In this document: positions 17,611 through 26,128 of the stretch, in pieces
How the letters are laid out: each line of letters opens with the position of its first letter
How positions within the stretch are numbered: the stretch's first letter is position 1
Origin: a virus
Taxonomy: Duplodnaviria; Heunggongvirae; Uroviricota; Caudoviricetes
Length of the DNA stretch: 37,387 nucleotides
Reading direction: 5' to 3' (one strand)
IMG/VR virus record: IMGVR_UViG_2563366935_000005
The notes under the pieces: generated by a model
Databases searched by the model: none
The model's input: only the letters and a program-made list of their open reading frames with translations
Told to the model about the DNA's origin: nothing
Program-made: the position numbers and the translations under genes

Positions 17611-18103
17611 ACGCTGCCTTGTCGGGACCGTGCTGGCTATTGCTGCCACGCTGCCGGGTTTTCAGCAGCTTCACACCTCCGTGGAAGGGCTGAAACTGAT
17701 TGCCGATTACGAAGGTTGTCGTCTGCAGCCGTATCAGTGCAGCGCGGGTGTCTGGACCGACGGCATTGGTAATACGTCGGGCGTCATTCCCGGCAAAACC
17801 ATTACGGAGCGACAGGCAGCAGAAGGGCTGATCTCCAACGTGCTGCGTGTGGAGCGGGCGCTGGAAAGGTGTGTGAAGCAACAGCCGCCGCAGAAGGTGT
17901 ATGACGCTGCGGTGTCGTTTGCCTTCAACGTGGGGACGGGCAATGCCTGCAGTTCCACGCTGGTGAAATTGCTCAATCAGCGGCGCTGGGCGGATGCGTG
18001 CCGACAGTTGCCGCGCTGGGTTTATGTGAAAGGTGTTTTTAATCAGGGGCTGGATAACCGCCGTGCGCGGGAGATGGCCTGGTGCTTACAGGGAGCAAAC
18101 TGA
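17591..18103 (+). CDS. Endolysin (T4-lysozyme-like muramidase) with an N-terminal signal-anchor-release (SAR)-like segment, 170 aa
   Basis: Hydrophobic N-terminus (VKRCLVGTVLAIAATLPG) followed by a lysozyme-type catalytic region (EGLKLIADYEGCRLQPYQCSAGVWTDGIGNT). Confidence 0.8.
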   Translation: MNPSIVKRCLVGTVLAIAATLPGFQQLHTSVEGLKLIADYEGCRLQPYQCSAGVWTDGIGNTSGVIPGKTITERQAAEGLISNVLRVERALERCVKQQPPQKVYDAAVSFAFNVGTGNACSSTLVKLLNQRRWADACRQLPRWVYVKGVFNQGLDNRRAREMAWCLQGAN

Positions 18104-18104
18104 A

Positions 18105-18482
18105 ATGAAAAAGAAATTAATCAGCGGGCTGTTTCTGATGTTATGGATGGGGCTGTTAATCGCCGCAATGGTGTATCCGCAGGGGATTTTTCCGGTACTG
18201 GCAGCATCCGGCGTTTGGGTAGCCTGTCTGCTGACATGGGCAGTAATTCCGGTAGCACTGGCTGCGTTAATTAAGAACGGCCCGCTCTGGCAGGAGTTGA
18301 GGGCATCTTTGCTGAAGAGCATTACCCGAAAAGAAAACGTATTTATCAGCTGGGTGATGCGATTGCTGATTATCGTAAGTCTCGCCTGGACGGGGTGGGC
18401 CATTACCCTGGTCTTTTATCTGCTGACCGTTATTGCCTTCTGGATGACCCGTAATCAGATGGCGCAACAGGTATCAGTATGA
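18105..18482 (+). CDS. lysA: LysA-like membrane lysis-timing protein, 125 aa
   Basis: ATG at 18105 with GGGAG RBS; multi-helix membrane protein at the P2 lysA position. Confidence 0.55.
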   Translation: MKKKLISGLFLMLWMGLLIAAMVYPQGIFPVLAASGVWVACLLTWAVIPVALAALIKNGPLWQELRASLLKSITRKENVFISWVMRLLIIVSLAWTGWAITLVFYLLTVIAFWMTRNQMAQQVSV

Positions 18483-18907
18483 ACCGGTTGCTGCTGGTTG
18501 TGCTGGCGTTATTACTGGCGGCGCTGGGCTGGCAGACGTGGCGGCTGGCTGATGCCAGCCAGACCATCAGCACGCAGGCAGACGAGCTTCGGAGCAAAAG
18601 CCAGGCACTGGCAAAGAGCAACAGCCAGCTTATCAGCCTGTCCATTCTGACTGAAACCAATAACCGGGAGCAGGCGCGGCTCTATGCCGACGCAGAACAG
18701 ACCAGCGCGCTGCTGAGACAACGACAACACCGGAGCGAGGAACTGAAACGTGAGAACGAGGATCTACGCCGCTGGGCTGATACTCCTTTGCCTGCTGACA
18801 TTATCCGGCTGCGGGAACGTCCGACACTCACCGGAGGTGCAGCTTACCGTCAGTGGTTGTCCGCGAGTGACGCCGTGTCGGCTGGAGCAGGCAACGCCGC
18901 GCACTAA
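18479..18907 (+). CDS. lysB: LysB (Rz-like inner-membrane spanin), 142 aa
   Basis: N-terminal TM helix followed by a coiled-coil periplasmic domain; ATGA overlap with lysA. Confidence 0.6.
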   Translation: MNRLLLVVLALLLAALGWQTWRLADASQTISTQADELRSKSQALAKSNSQLISLSILTETNNREQARLYADAEQTSALLRQRQHRSEELKRENEDLRRWADTPLPADIIRLRERPTLTGGAAYRQWLSASDAVSAGAGNAAH

Positions 18908-19040
18908 CGGTGATCTGGACGCGTTGCTGGATGAAACGGAGGCCGCCTGGGCGGTCTGTGCAGACAAAGTGGACATGATTATTGCGTGTCAGGAGCGAAA
19001 CAGTGAACAAACCACAATCCCTGCGCCACGCCCTCAATAA
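18750..19040 (+). CDS. lysC: LysC (Rz1-like outer-membrane lipoprotein spanin), embedded in and extending past lysB in another frame, 96 aa
   Basis: GTG start; signal peptide with lipobox LTLSGC; Pro-rich mature part; classic embedded-spanin arrangement. Confidence 0.55.
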   Translation: MRTRIYAAGLILLCLLTLSGCGNVRHSPEVQLTVSGCPRVTPCRLEQATPRTNGDLDALLDETEAAWAVCADKVDMIIACQERNSEQTTIPAPRPQ

Positions 19041-19434
19041 AGCGGTGCCTTATGTCCGCAATAACCCGGACAAACTGCATCTGTTTGTGGATAACGGTTC
19101 GCTGGTTGCCACGGGGGCCAGCTCCATGTCATGGGAGTACCGCTATACCCTGAACGTGGTGATAGAGGATTTCAGCGGCGACCAGAATCTGCTGATGGCC
19201 CCGGTTTTGCTGTGGCTTCGGGATAACCAGCCCGATGCCATCAATAACCCGGCGTTACGGGAAAAGCTATTCACCTTTGAGGTGGATATTTTGCGCAACG
19301 ATGTCTGTGATATCAGCCTTAACCTGCAACTGACGGAACGTGTGCTGGTCAGCACTGACGGCAGTGTGTCGAGCGTTGAAGCTGTAGCAGAACCCGATGA
19401 ACCTGAAGAAATGTGGACGGTGAAACGTGGCTGA
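19003..19434 (+). CDS. R: Tail completion protein R (P2 gpR-like), 143 aa from GTG 19003
   Basis: Resembles P2 R (LRHALNKAVPYVRNNPDKLHLFVDNGS..., YTLNVVIEDFSGD..., LWLRDNQPD); AGGAG RBS 7 nt upstream of the GTG; the ORF-track start at 18982 is TTG. Confidence 0.75.
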   Translation: MNKPQSLRHALNKAVPYVRNNPDKLHLFVDNGSLVATGASSMSWEYRYTLNVVIEDFSGDQNLLMAPVLLWLRDNQPDAINNPALREKLFTFEVDILRNDVCDISLNLQLTERVLVSTDGSVSSVEAVAEPDEPEEMWTVKRG

Positions 19435-19873
19435 ACTGCAGAAGGTGGACGACTGGCTGAGTGCCTTGCTGGCGAATCTGGAACCAGCCACGAGAAGCCG
19501 CATGATGCGCCAGCTGGCGCAGGAACTGCGCCGGACACAGCAGCAGAATATCAGGATGCAGCGCAATCCAGATGGCAGCAGTTATGAACCGCGCAGGGTA
19601 ACAGCACGCAGCAAGAAGGGGCGCATCAAACGTCAGATGTTTGCAAAGCTGCGCACCACAAAATACCTGAAAACTGCCGCCAGCGCCGATTCTGCCAGCG
19701 TACAGTTTGAAGGCAAGGTGCAGCGTATTGCCCGTGTTCACCATTACGGCCTGCGTGATCGCGTCAGTCGCAAAGGACCGGAGGTCCGTTACGTAGAGCG
19801 CCGCCTGCTGGGTGTAAATGATGATGTTGAGGCAATGACCCGCGACATGATTCTGCAATGGCTGGCGGGGTGA
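19427..19873 (+). CDS. S: Tail completion protein S (P2 gpS-like), 148 aa
   Basis: GTG start overlapping the R stop; position and size match P2 S. Confidence 0.75.
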   Translation: MAELQKVDDWLSALLANLEPATRSRMMRQLAQELRRTQQQNIRMQRNPDGSSYEPRRVTARSKKGRIKRQMFAKLRTTKYLKTAASADSASVQFEGKVQRIARVHHYGLRDRVSRKGPEVRYVERRLLGVNDDVEAMTRDMILQWLAG

Positions 19874-19919
19874 CTTTGATAACCGTAATCAGAATTTTGT
19901 CAGTTCGGTTTAATGTGAG

Positions 19920-21209
19920 TCAATTGGTAAAAATTCTACTCTGCTCACCATAGCTGTCCTTTGCTTCGTTAATCAGATCCTCCCATGGCCATTTTATGGT
20001 TACATATTTTCGATAAATTAAAATGGTTCTGTCGATAGCAGTGACCTCATCAGTTGCATCATTGTAGGAAAGAACTAACCCTCTATCGTCACTATCAACC
20101 TGTAACTCTTCAATTTTTTGAAGTACAGTTCGCAGATTCCCTTTTAATATTCGACTTTGTCTTCTTGACGCAATTTTAAAAATGGTATCTAACTCTAATC
20201 CTTGAATGAGTTCTTTATCGGATGAGTCCATTATTACAGCCATGGCATGAGCATAAATGCCAGTGGTTTCTGTTCTTTTACGTATTCCTGATGATATATC
20301 TTTAGCAAATTTTTGATATCGAGAATTTAATTGTTCAGCATATTTCATGGCTGCATCAACGAATTTTTCTTGATCATCTAACATCGTTAATGTTGTACAT
20401 TCCTCATCAATTCCTGTCTCGTCAAGAATGTTTAAGGCTAGTTGTTGTAAAATCCCAACATTACCATAGCAATCATCAAGGATGCATCTCTTTATATGAT
20501 CTGAGAACTTAACTTTTAAAGTTTCTGATCCACTTATTATTACTTGTTCAAGATCGGCTCTAGACCATGATATGGGAATTTCTTCTATGCGAGAACCAAG
20601 GTCAGAATTTAAATAAATTAGTAGGTTTGTTTTTGTCCAAACACCAATGATTACGAAAAAACAACCATAATCCCAAAGCGCCTTTAAGTCATAAGCAAAT
20701 ATTTGTCGTTCACGAGTGTTTAAGTAGTGAAAATCTTCAATAACTACTTTTCTTCCTGCTTCGTTAATTATTTCTGCAATAAATCTCAAATCATTAATAT
20801 CTTGACCAACATTTCCTTTTTTTATTACCTCCTCTTCAGAGGTCTCAAGTCCAAATTTAACCTTTAGTTTTGCTATAAGACCAATGCCTCCTGCAGCAGA
20901 GCCCTCCATTACGCCTTTAATTGTATCTTTTTCGGTTCTCTCTAGCACAAGGCTTATACCTAATTGAGATAGAATATCTATATATATATCTAAAACGGTT
21001 GTCTTTAATCTGCATTGTACAACAATAGCATTAGGTATGTTCTTTTGTCTTAACCATGACTTACCACATTTGGATTCCCCTCTTAAGGCGAGATGTATTG
21101 GTCGGCGTAATTTTCTACTGATTTCCTTATCAAGATTTCCTCTGTCTACATATGAATCAGCAAGAATCGTTGGTGAAATACCAAAAACTTCGTGTGTTTG
21201 TTTCTTCAT
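19920..21209 (-). CDS. Stand-alone P-loop NTPase (429 aa) encoded antisense in an AT-rich moron between S and V; candidate defence or abortive-infection ATPase
   Basis: Walker A GESKCGKS near residue 45 and a Walker B-like hhhhDE (KVVIEDFH); ATG at 21207-21209 with GAGG RBS; opposite strand to the late operons; at the position where P2 carries its variable orf30. Confidence 0.65.
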   Translation of the reverse strand: MKKQTHEVFGISPTILADSYVDRGNLDKEISRKLRRPIHLALRGESKCGKSWLRQKNIPNAIVVQCRLKTTVLDIYIDILSQLGISLVLERTEKDTIKGVMEGSAAGGIGLIAKLKVKFGLETSEEEVIKKGNVGQDINDLRFIAEIINEAGRKVVIEDFHYLNTRERQIFAYDLKALWDYGCFFVIIGVWTKTNLLIYLNSDLGSRIEEIPISWSRADLEQVIISGSETLKVKFSDHIKRCILDDCYGNVGILQQLALNILDETGIDEECTTLTMLDDQEKFVDAAMKYAEQLNSRYQKFAKDISSGIRKRTETTGIYAHAMAVIMDSSDKELIQGLELDTIFKIASRRQSRILKGNLRTVLQKIEELQVDSDDRGLVLSYNDATDEVTAIDRTILIYRKYVTIKWPWEDLINEAKDSYGEQSRIFTN

Positions 21210-21229
21210 GATGGCCTCACTATCCGTTT

Positions 21230-21247
21230 TGTACTGTTTATCACACA
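21230..21247. promoter_or_regulatory. Ogr-type late activator box TGT-N12-ACA upstream of V
   Basis: tgt actgtttatcac aca, centred about 55 bp upstream of the V start; lies in the divergent region shared with the antisense NTPase gene. Confidence 0.5.
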
Positions 21248-21293
21248 AACAATACTAAAGGAAAGCCGCTTTCTTTTAATTAACTATATCCAT

Positions 21294-21872
21294 ATGAACG
21301 CACAATTAACCGAAATCATGCGCCTTATCACCAACCTGATCCGCACAGGGGTAGTCACCGAAGTGGACAAGGAGAACTGGCTTTGCCGGGTGAAAACAGG
21401 CGAGCTTGAAACTAACTGGATCAGTTGGCTGACGCTGCGTGCCGGAAATGCCCGGACATGGTGGCGACCATCGGAAGGTGAGCAGGTGGTGCTGCTGAGT
21501 CTGGGCGGCAATCTGGAGACTGCCTTTGCGCTGCCCGCTGTCTATTCGAATCAGTTCGCACCACCGTCGACGTCGGCGGACGCCTGCGTGACAGAACATC
21601 CTGACGGTGGCTGGTTTGAATACGAACCCGCCACCGGGCGCTGGTATGTCAGGGGCATCAAATCAATGGTCATTGAGGCCGCTGACAACATCACCCTGAA
21701 AACCAATGAGTTTGTACTGGAGGCTGACCGCACGCGCATTAACAGCGAAGTGGTGATCAATGGTGGCGTTACCCAGGGCGGCGGAGCGATGAGTTCTAAC
21801 GGGATCGTGGTTGATGCGCATCAGCATACTGGCGTCCTGAAAGGCGGCGACACAACTGGAGGCCCGGTATGA
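21294..21872 (+). CDS. V: Baseplate spike/assembly protein V (P2 gpV-like), 192 aa
   Basis: ATG at 21294; conserved position ahead of W-J-I-H; the ORF-track start at 21192 is an upstream over-extension. Confidence 0.85.
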   Translation: MNAQLTEIMRLITNLIRTGVVTEVDKENWLCRVKTGELETNWISWLTLRAGNARTWWRPSEGEQVVLLSLGGNLETAFALPAVYSNQFAPPSTSADACVTEHPDGGWFEYEPATGRWYVRGIKSMVIEAADNITLKTNEFVLEADRTRINSEVVINGGVTQGGGAMSSNGIVVDAHQHTGVLKGGDTTGGPV

Positions 21873-22228
21873 CGCTTTATAGCGGGATGAACAATACCAG
21901 CGGTAAAGCCATTACTGATATTGACCATCTGCGCCAGTCGGTGCGGGACATTCTGCTGACGCCGCAGGGTAGCCGCATTGCCCGTCGGGAATATGGTTCC
22001 CTGCTGTCGGCACTGATTGATCAGCCACAAAATCCGGCATTACGCCTGCAGGTTATGTCGGCTGTGTATGTGGCACTGAGTCGCTGGGAGCCACGGCTGG
22101 CGCTCGATTCCATCACTATTAACAGCAATTTTGACGGTTCAATGGTGGTGGAGCTGAGCGGGCGGCGTAATAACGGTGTGCCTGTTTCCCTTTCCGTATC
22201 AACAGGAGCAGAGAATGGCAGTGATTGA
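21869..22228 (+). CDS. W: Baseplate protein W (gp25-like), 119 aa
   Basis: Size and position; ATGA overlap with V. Confidence 0.85.
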   Translation: MTLYSGMNNTSGKAITDIDHLRQSVRDILLTPQGSRIARREYGSLLSALIDQPQNPALRLQVMSAVYVALSRWEPRLALDSITINSNFDGSMVVELSGRRNNGVPVSLSVSTGAENGSD

Positions 22229-23123
22229 CCTTTCGCAGTTGCCTGCGCCGCAGATTGTGGATGTGCCGGACTTTGAGACGCTGCTTGCCGAACGCAAGGC
22301 AGAATTTGTGGCGCTTCATCCGAAAGATGAGCAGGAAGCAGTGATGCGTACGCTGGAACTGGAATCTGAACCCGTCACCAAATTGTTGCAGGAGAACGCT
22401 TACCGTGAGTTGCTTCTGCGCCAGCGCATTAACGAAGCCGCGCAGGCGGTGATGGTGGCTTACGCGATGGGCGGCGATCTTGACCAGCTCGCTGCTAACT
22501 ACAACGTGAAACGCCTGACGGTGACACCTGCTGATGATGATGCTGTACCGCCCGTTGCGGCTGTGATGGAAAGTGATGAAGCGTTACGCCTGCGTGTGCC
22601 TGCAGCCTTTGAAGGGCTTTCTGTTGCTGGGCCAACTGCCGCTTATGAGTTTCATGCACGAAGCGCCGATGGTCGGGTGGCGGATGCCAGTGCAACCAGT
22701 CCGGCACCTGCAGAGGTGGTGCTGACAGTTCTTAGCCGCGAAGGCGACGGAACAGCAGAAAAAGACCTGCTGGATGTGGTGGAGAAAGCACTGAACAGTG
22801 AGAATGTCCGCCCGGTGGCTGACCGTCTGACGGTTCGCAGCGCGGAAATCATCCCGTACCGCGTGGAAGCCACCATTTTTCTCTATCCGGGACCGGAAGC
22901 AGAGCCGGTAATGGCAGCGGCAAAAGCCAGCCTGCAGAGGTACATTGCCAGTCAGACGCGGCTTGGTCGGGATATTCGCCGTAGCGCCATTTTTGCCGCG
23001 CTGCATGTTGAGGGTGTTCAGCGTGTGGAACTGGCTTCCCCGCAGGCGGACGTGGTCCTGAACAAAACGCAGGCGGCATCATGTACGCAGTGGAGCGTGA
23101 CTAACGGGGGAACGGATGAATAG
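22215..23123 (+). CDS. J: Baseplate protein J, 302 aa
   Basis: ATG at 22215 with AGGAG RBS gives 302 aa, the same length as P2 J. Confidence 0.85.
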   Translation: MAVIDLSQLPAPQIVDVPDFETLLAERKAEFVALHPKDEQEAVMRTLELESEPVTKLLQENAYRELLLRQRINEAAQAVMVAYAMGGDLDQLAANYNVKRLTVTPADDDAVPPVAAVMESDEALRLRVPAAFEGLSVAGPTAAYEFHARSADGRVADASATSPAPAEVVLTVLSREGDGTAEKDLLDVVEKALNSENVRPVADRLTVRSAEIIPYRVEATIFLYPGPEAEPVMAAAKASLQRYIASQTRLGRDIRRSAIFAALHVEGVQRVELASPQADVVLNKTQAASCTQWSVTNGGTDE

Positions 23124-23721
23124 TCTGCTGCCACCGGGTTCAACGCCACTGGAGCGCCGACTGGCGCAAACCTGCAACGGGATTTCTGATCTGCAGGTGT
23201 CACTGCGTGACTTGTGGAATCCGGCAACCTGTCCGGTCAGTTTCCTGCCTTATCTCGCCTGGGCGTTCTCTGTGGATCGCTGGGACGAGGGCTGGACAGA
23301 AAGCGTCAAACGCCAGGTAGTGAAGGATGCTTTTTATATTCATCAGCACAAAGGAACCACCAGTGCCGTACGGCGGGTGGTGGAGCCGTTCGGCTTCCTG
23401 ATCCGCATTATTGAGTGGTGGCAGACCGGAGAAACACCGGGCACGTTTCGCCTGGACATTGGTGTGCAGGACCAGGGCATCACTGAAGATACCTATCTGG
23501 AACTTGAGCGACTGATAAGCGATGCCAAACCATGTAGCCGTCACATGATCGGCATGTCCATCAATCTGCAGACCAGCGGCCCGCATTGGGTGGGAGCCGT
23601 CAGTTATCTTGGCGAAGAAATCACGATCTATCCGTATATCAACGAAACAATTATTTCCGGCGGCACCGCGCATGAAGGCGGGGCGGTCCATGTTATTGAC
23701 ACAATGAGAGTGAATCCATGA
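23116..23721 (+). CDS. I: Baseplate/tail protein I, 201 aa
   Basis: Position between J and H; overlapping starts typical of the P2 baseplate operon. Confidence 0.8.
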   Translation: MNSLLPPGSTPLERRLAQTCNGISDLQVSLRDLWNPATCPVSFLPYLAWAFSVDRWDEGWTESVKRQVVKDAFYIHQHKGTTSAVRRVVEPFGFLIRIIEWWQTGETPGTFRLDIGVQDQGITEDTYLELERLISDAKPCSRHMIGMSINLQTSGPHWVGAVSYLGEEITIYPYINETIISGGTAHEGGAVHVIDTMRVNP

Positions 23722-25115
23722 GCACAAAATTTTATACCCTGCTGACGGATATTGGCGCGGCGAAACTTGCCAGCGCCGCCGCGCTCGGTGTGCCGCTAAA
23801 AATTACCCATATGGCGGTGGGCGATGGCGGCGGAGCATTGCCAACGCCGGACGCAAAGCAGACGGCACTGGTAAATGAGAAACGCCGGGCTGCGCTGAAT
23901 ATGCTCTATATCGACCCGCAGAACAGCAGCCAGATTATTGCTGAACAGGTGATCCCTGAAAATGAGGGGGGTTGGTGGATACGTGAAGTGGGTCTGTTTG
24001 ATGAGTCCGGGGCATTGATTGCCGTAGGCAACTGCCCGGAAAGCTATAAGCCGCAACTGGCTGAAGGCAGCGGGCGCACCCAGACCGTGCGCATGGTGCT
24101 GATTACCAGCAGTACGGACAATATCACCCTGAAAATCGACCCTGCTGTAGTGCTGGCAACCCGTAAATACGTGGATGATGAAGTCCTGGAATTAAAGCTG
24201 TATGTGGATGACCAGATGAGAAACCACATTGCCGCACAAGATCCTCATACCCAGTATGCGCAGAAACATAATCCGACATTTACCGGAGAACCAAAAGCGC
24301 CGACGCCTGCAGCAGGAAATAACACCACGCGGATTGCGACCACTGAGTTTGTTCAGGCCGCTATTACTGCTCTGATTAACGGTGCGCCAGCCACGCTGGA
24401 CACACTGAAAGAAATTGCCGCAGCCATTAACAATGACCCGAAATTCAGTACCACCATTAACAATGCGCTGGCACTAAAAGCGCCGCTGTCGAGTCCGGCA
24501 CTCACCGGAACGCCAACAGCACCTACTGCGGCGCAGTCGGTCAACAATACACAGATTGCCACTACGGCTTTTGTGAAATCGGCGATTGCAGGAATGGTGG
24601 GTTCTGCACCTGCGGCACTGGATACACTGAACGAACTGGCGGCGGCACTGGGGAATGATCCGAACTTTGCCACGACAATGCTTAATGCGCTGGCAGGTAA
24701 ACAACCGCTGGACAATACGCTTACCAATTTGAGTGGAAAGGATGTAGCTGGTCTTCTCACATACCTTGGTTTGGGAGAATTATCTCTGGCTGGCACTGCA
24801 TCGGGTGTCATTGGTCTGAATGGGTATGTAACGATTCCGTTAATTATTTCAGGTTCCCGGAGAACACTGATTATTCAGTGGGGGCAGGCGAGATTTGGTG
24901 GGTCTGGTGGTGAAGATGCCGGATATCTTAATGATTTTCCTTTTGCCTTTCCGTCAGCATGTAATGGGGTGATAGTTAGTCATGTGGGGTATACACCTTC
25001 AGGCGCAGGAATCCTGTCGGCTTCTGCAATTACATCAAATCAGTTCCGCGGTTTTTCAAGCATAGCGACTGCTGCAAACGCTGTATTTGGTCGTTATATC
25101 GCTATAGGGGTGTAA
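23718..25115 (+). CDS. H: Tail fibre protein H (constant N-terminus plus currently expressed variable C-terminus), 465 aa
   Basis: P2 H-like N-terminus (MSTKFYTLLTDIGAAKLA...); two internal repeats (TRIATTEFVQAAITALINGAPATLDTLKEIAAAINNDPKF and TQIATTAFVKSAIAGMVGSAPAALDTLNELAAALGNDPNF); contains an invertase crossover site near codon 350. Confidence 0.85.
   Translation: MSTKFYTLLTDIGAAKLASAAALGVPLKITHMAVGDGGGALPTPDAKQTALVNEKRRAALNMLYIDPQNSSQIIAEQVIPENEGGWWIREVGLFDESGALIAVGNCPESYKPQLAEGSGRTQTVRMVLITSSTDNITLKIDPAVVLATRKYVDDEVLELKLYVDDQMRNHIAAQDPHTQYAQKHNPTFTGEPKAPTPAAGNNTTRIATTEFVQAAITALINGAPATLDTLKEIAAAINNDPKFSTTINNALALKAPLSSPALTGTPTAPTAAQSVNNTQIATTAFVKSAIAGMVGSAPAALDTLNELAAALGNDPNFATTMLNALAGKQPLDNTLTNLSGKDVAGLLTYLGLGELSLAGTASGVIGLNGYVTIPLIISGSRRTLIIQWGQARFGGSGGEDAGYLNDFPFAFPSACNGVIVSHVGYTPSGAGILSASAITSNQFRGFSSIATAANAVFGRYIAIGV
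24754..24779. repeat. Hin/Gin-type recombination site 1 (ttctcacatacc tt ggtttgggagaa), left end of the invertible segment
   Basis: 26-bp imperfect palindrome resembling hix/gix sites; its right arm plus centre (ttggtttgggagaa) is repeated in inverted orientation at 26596-26609. Confidence 0.5.
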
Positions 25116-25116
25116 T

Positions 25117-25554
25117 ATGTTTTATAGTCCATCTTTAAACATTTTTGTGAATCCTGCACTTAAGGATGATTACATTAATGCAAATTCATGGCCAGATGAT
25201 GCTCTGGCTATCAGTGATGATGTTTATAATGAATTTGCAATAAATACGCCCCCAGATGGCAAAATTCGTGTTGCAGGAGAAAATGGATTACCCACATGGG
25301 CACTAATACCTCCACCATCACATGAAGAACTTATTCAACAGGCAGAATCAGAAAGGCAATTATTGCTTAATCTGGCCAACGAATACATGAACAGTAAACA
25401 ATGGCCCGGTAAAGCCGCTATTGGTCGTCTGAAAGACGAGGAACTGGCGCAATATAATTTGTGGCTGGATTACCTGGACGCACTGGAGCTGGTTGATACC
25501 TCCAGTGGGCCAGATATTGAATGGCCTACGCCTCCGGCAGTTCAGGCCAGATGA
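25117..25554 (+). CDS. G: Tail fibre assembly chaperone (G/Tfa-like), 145 aa
   Basis: Immediately after H; conserved Tfa C-terminal region (NLWLDYLDALELVDTSSGPDIEWP). Confidence 0.75.
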   Translation: MFYSPSLNIFVNPALKDDYINANSWPDDALAISDDVYNEFAINTPPDGKIRVAGENGLPTWALIPPPSHEELIQQAESERQLLLNLANEYMNSKQWPGKAAIGRLKDEELAQYNLWLDYLDALELVDTSSGPDIEWPTPPAVQAR

Positions 25555-26128
25555 CATCCGGCGCTGTGCTGGTATCTGTTGCCGTCACCGCGTCAATGTA
25601 ATCCAGCACAGTGTTAAGTCGGGTGGTCTCTGCCTGCATCAGCTGCCGCCCGGCCTGCAATTTAAGTTGAATCAGACTGATGGAAGCCATTGCAGTATTA
25701 ATCAGTGACTGACGCTGTACTTCTGCCGCGTCTACTGCGGCGCTATGCTGTGCCTCAGTATCGGTCACCCATTTCTTACCATCCCATTTATCGAATGGCG
25801 TTAACGGGGCGATAGTGGTTGTATTTTCAGGATAATCACCCGGAGCTGTGATTTCTTTGGCGTCTCCCGTTTCGGTGTTATAGACGATTTCACCGCGATG
25901 GTCTGGCACATATTCCCATGAGTTTAAATCCATCGAACGGCAGATAGCATAACCCGCCTTATGTATACCAGGTTCATCCAGACAGGAATATGCTGGGATA
26001 CCGACACCAATGGCAAGATATTCATTTGAAGTAGAAATATATTCCCGAGTTTTACCATCATAGTTATAGACGGTAATATTCCCCGCCTTCGTGGCAATAA
26101 GCTCGCTATTTAATACGGCGTTATCCAT
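25526..26128 (-). CDS. Alternative tail fibre assembly chaperone (Tfa'), inside the invertible segment, 200 aa
   Basis: Opposite strand, converging on G; C-terminus (NTVLDYIDAVTATDTSTAPDVIWPELPEA) parallels that of G. Confidence 0.7.
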   Translation of the reverse strand: MDNAVLNSELIATKAGNITVYNYDGKTREYISTSNEYLAIGVGIPAYSCLDEPGIHKAGYAICRSMDLNSWEYVPDHRGEIVYNTETGDAKEITAPGDYPENTTTIAPLTPFDKWDGKKWVTDTEAQHSAAVDAAEVQRQSLINTAMASISLIQLKLQAGRQLMQAETTRLNTVLDYIDAVTATDTSTAPDVIWPELPEA

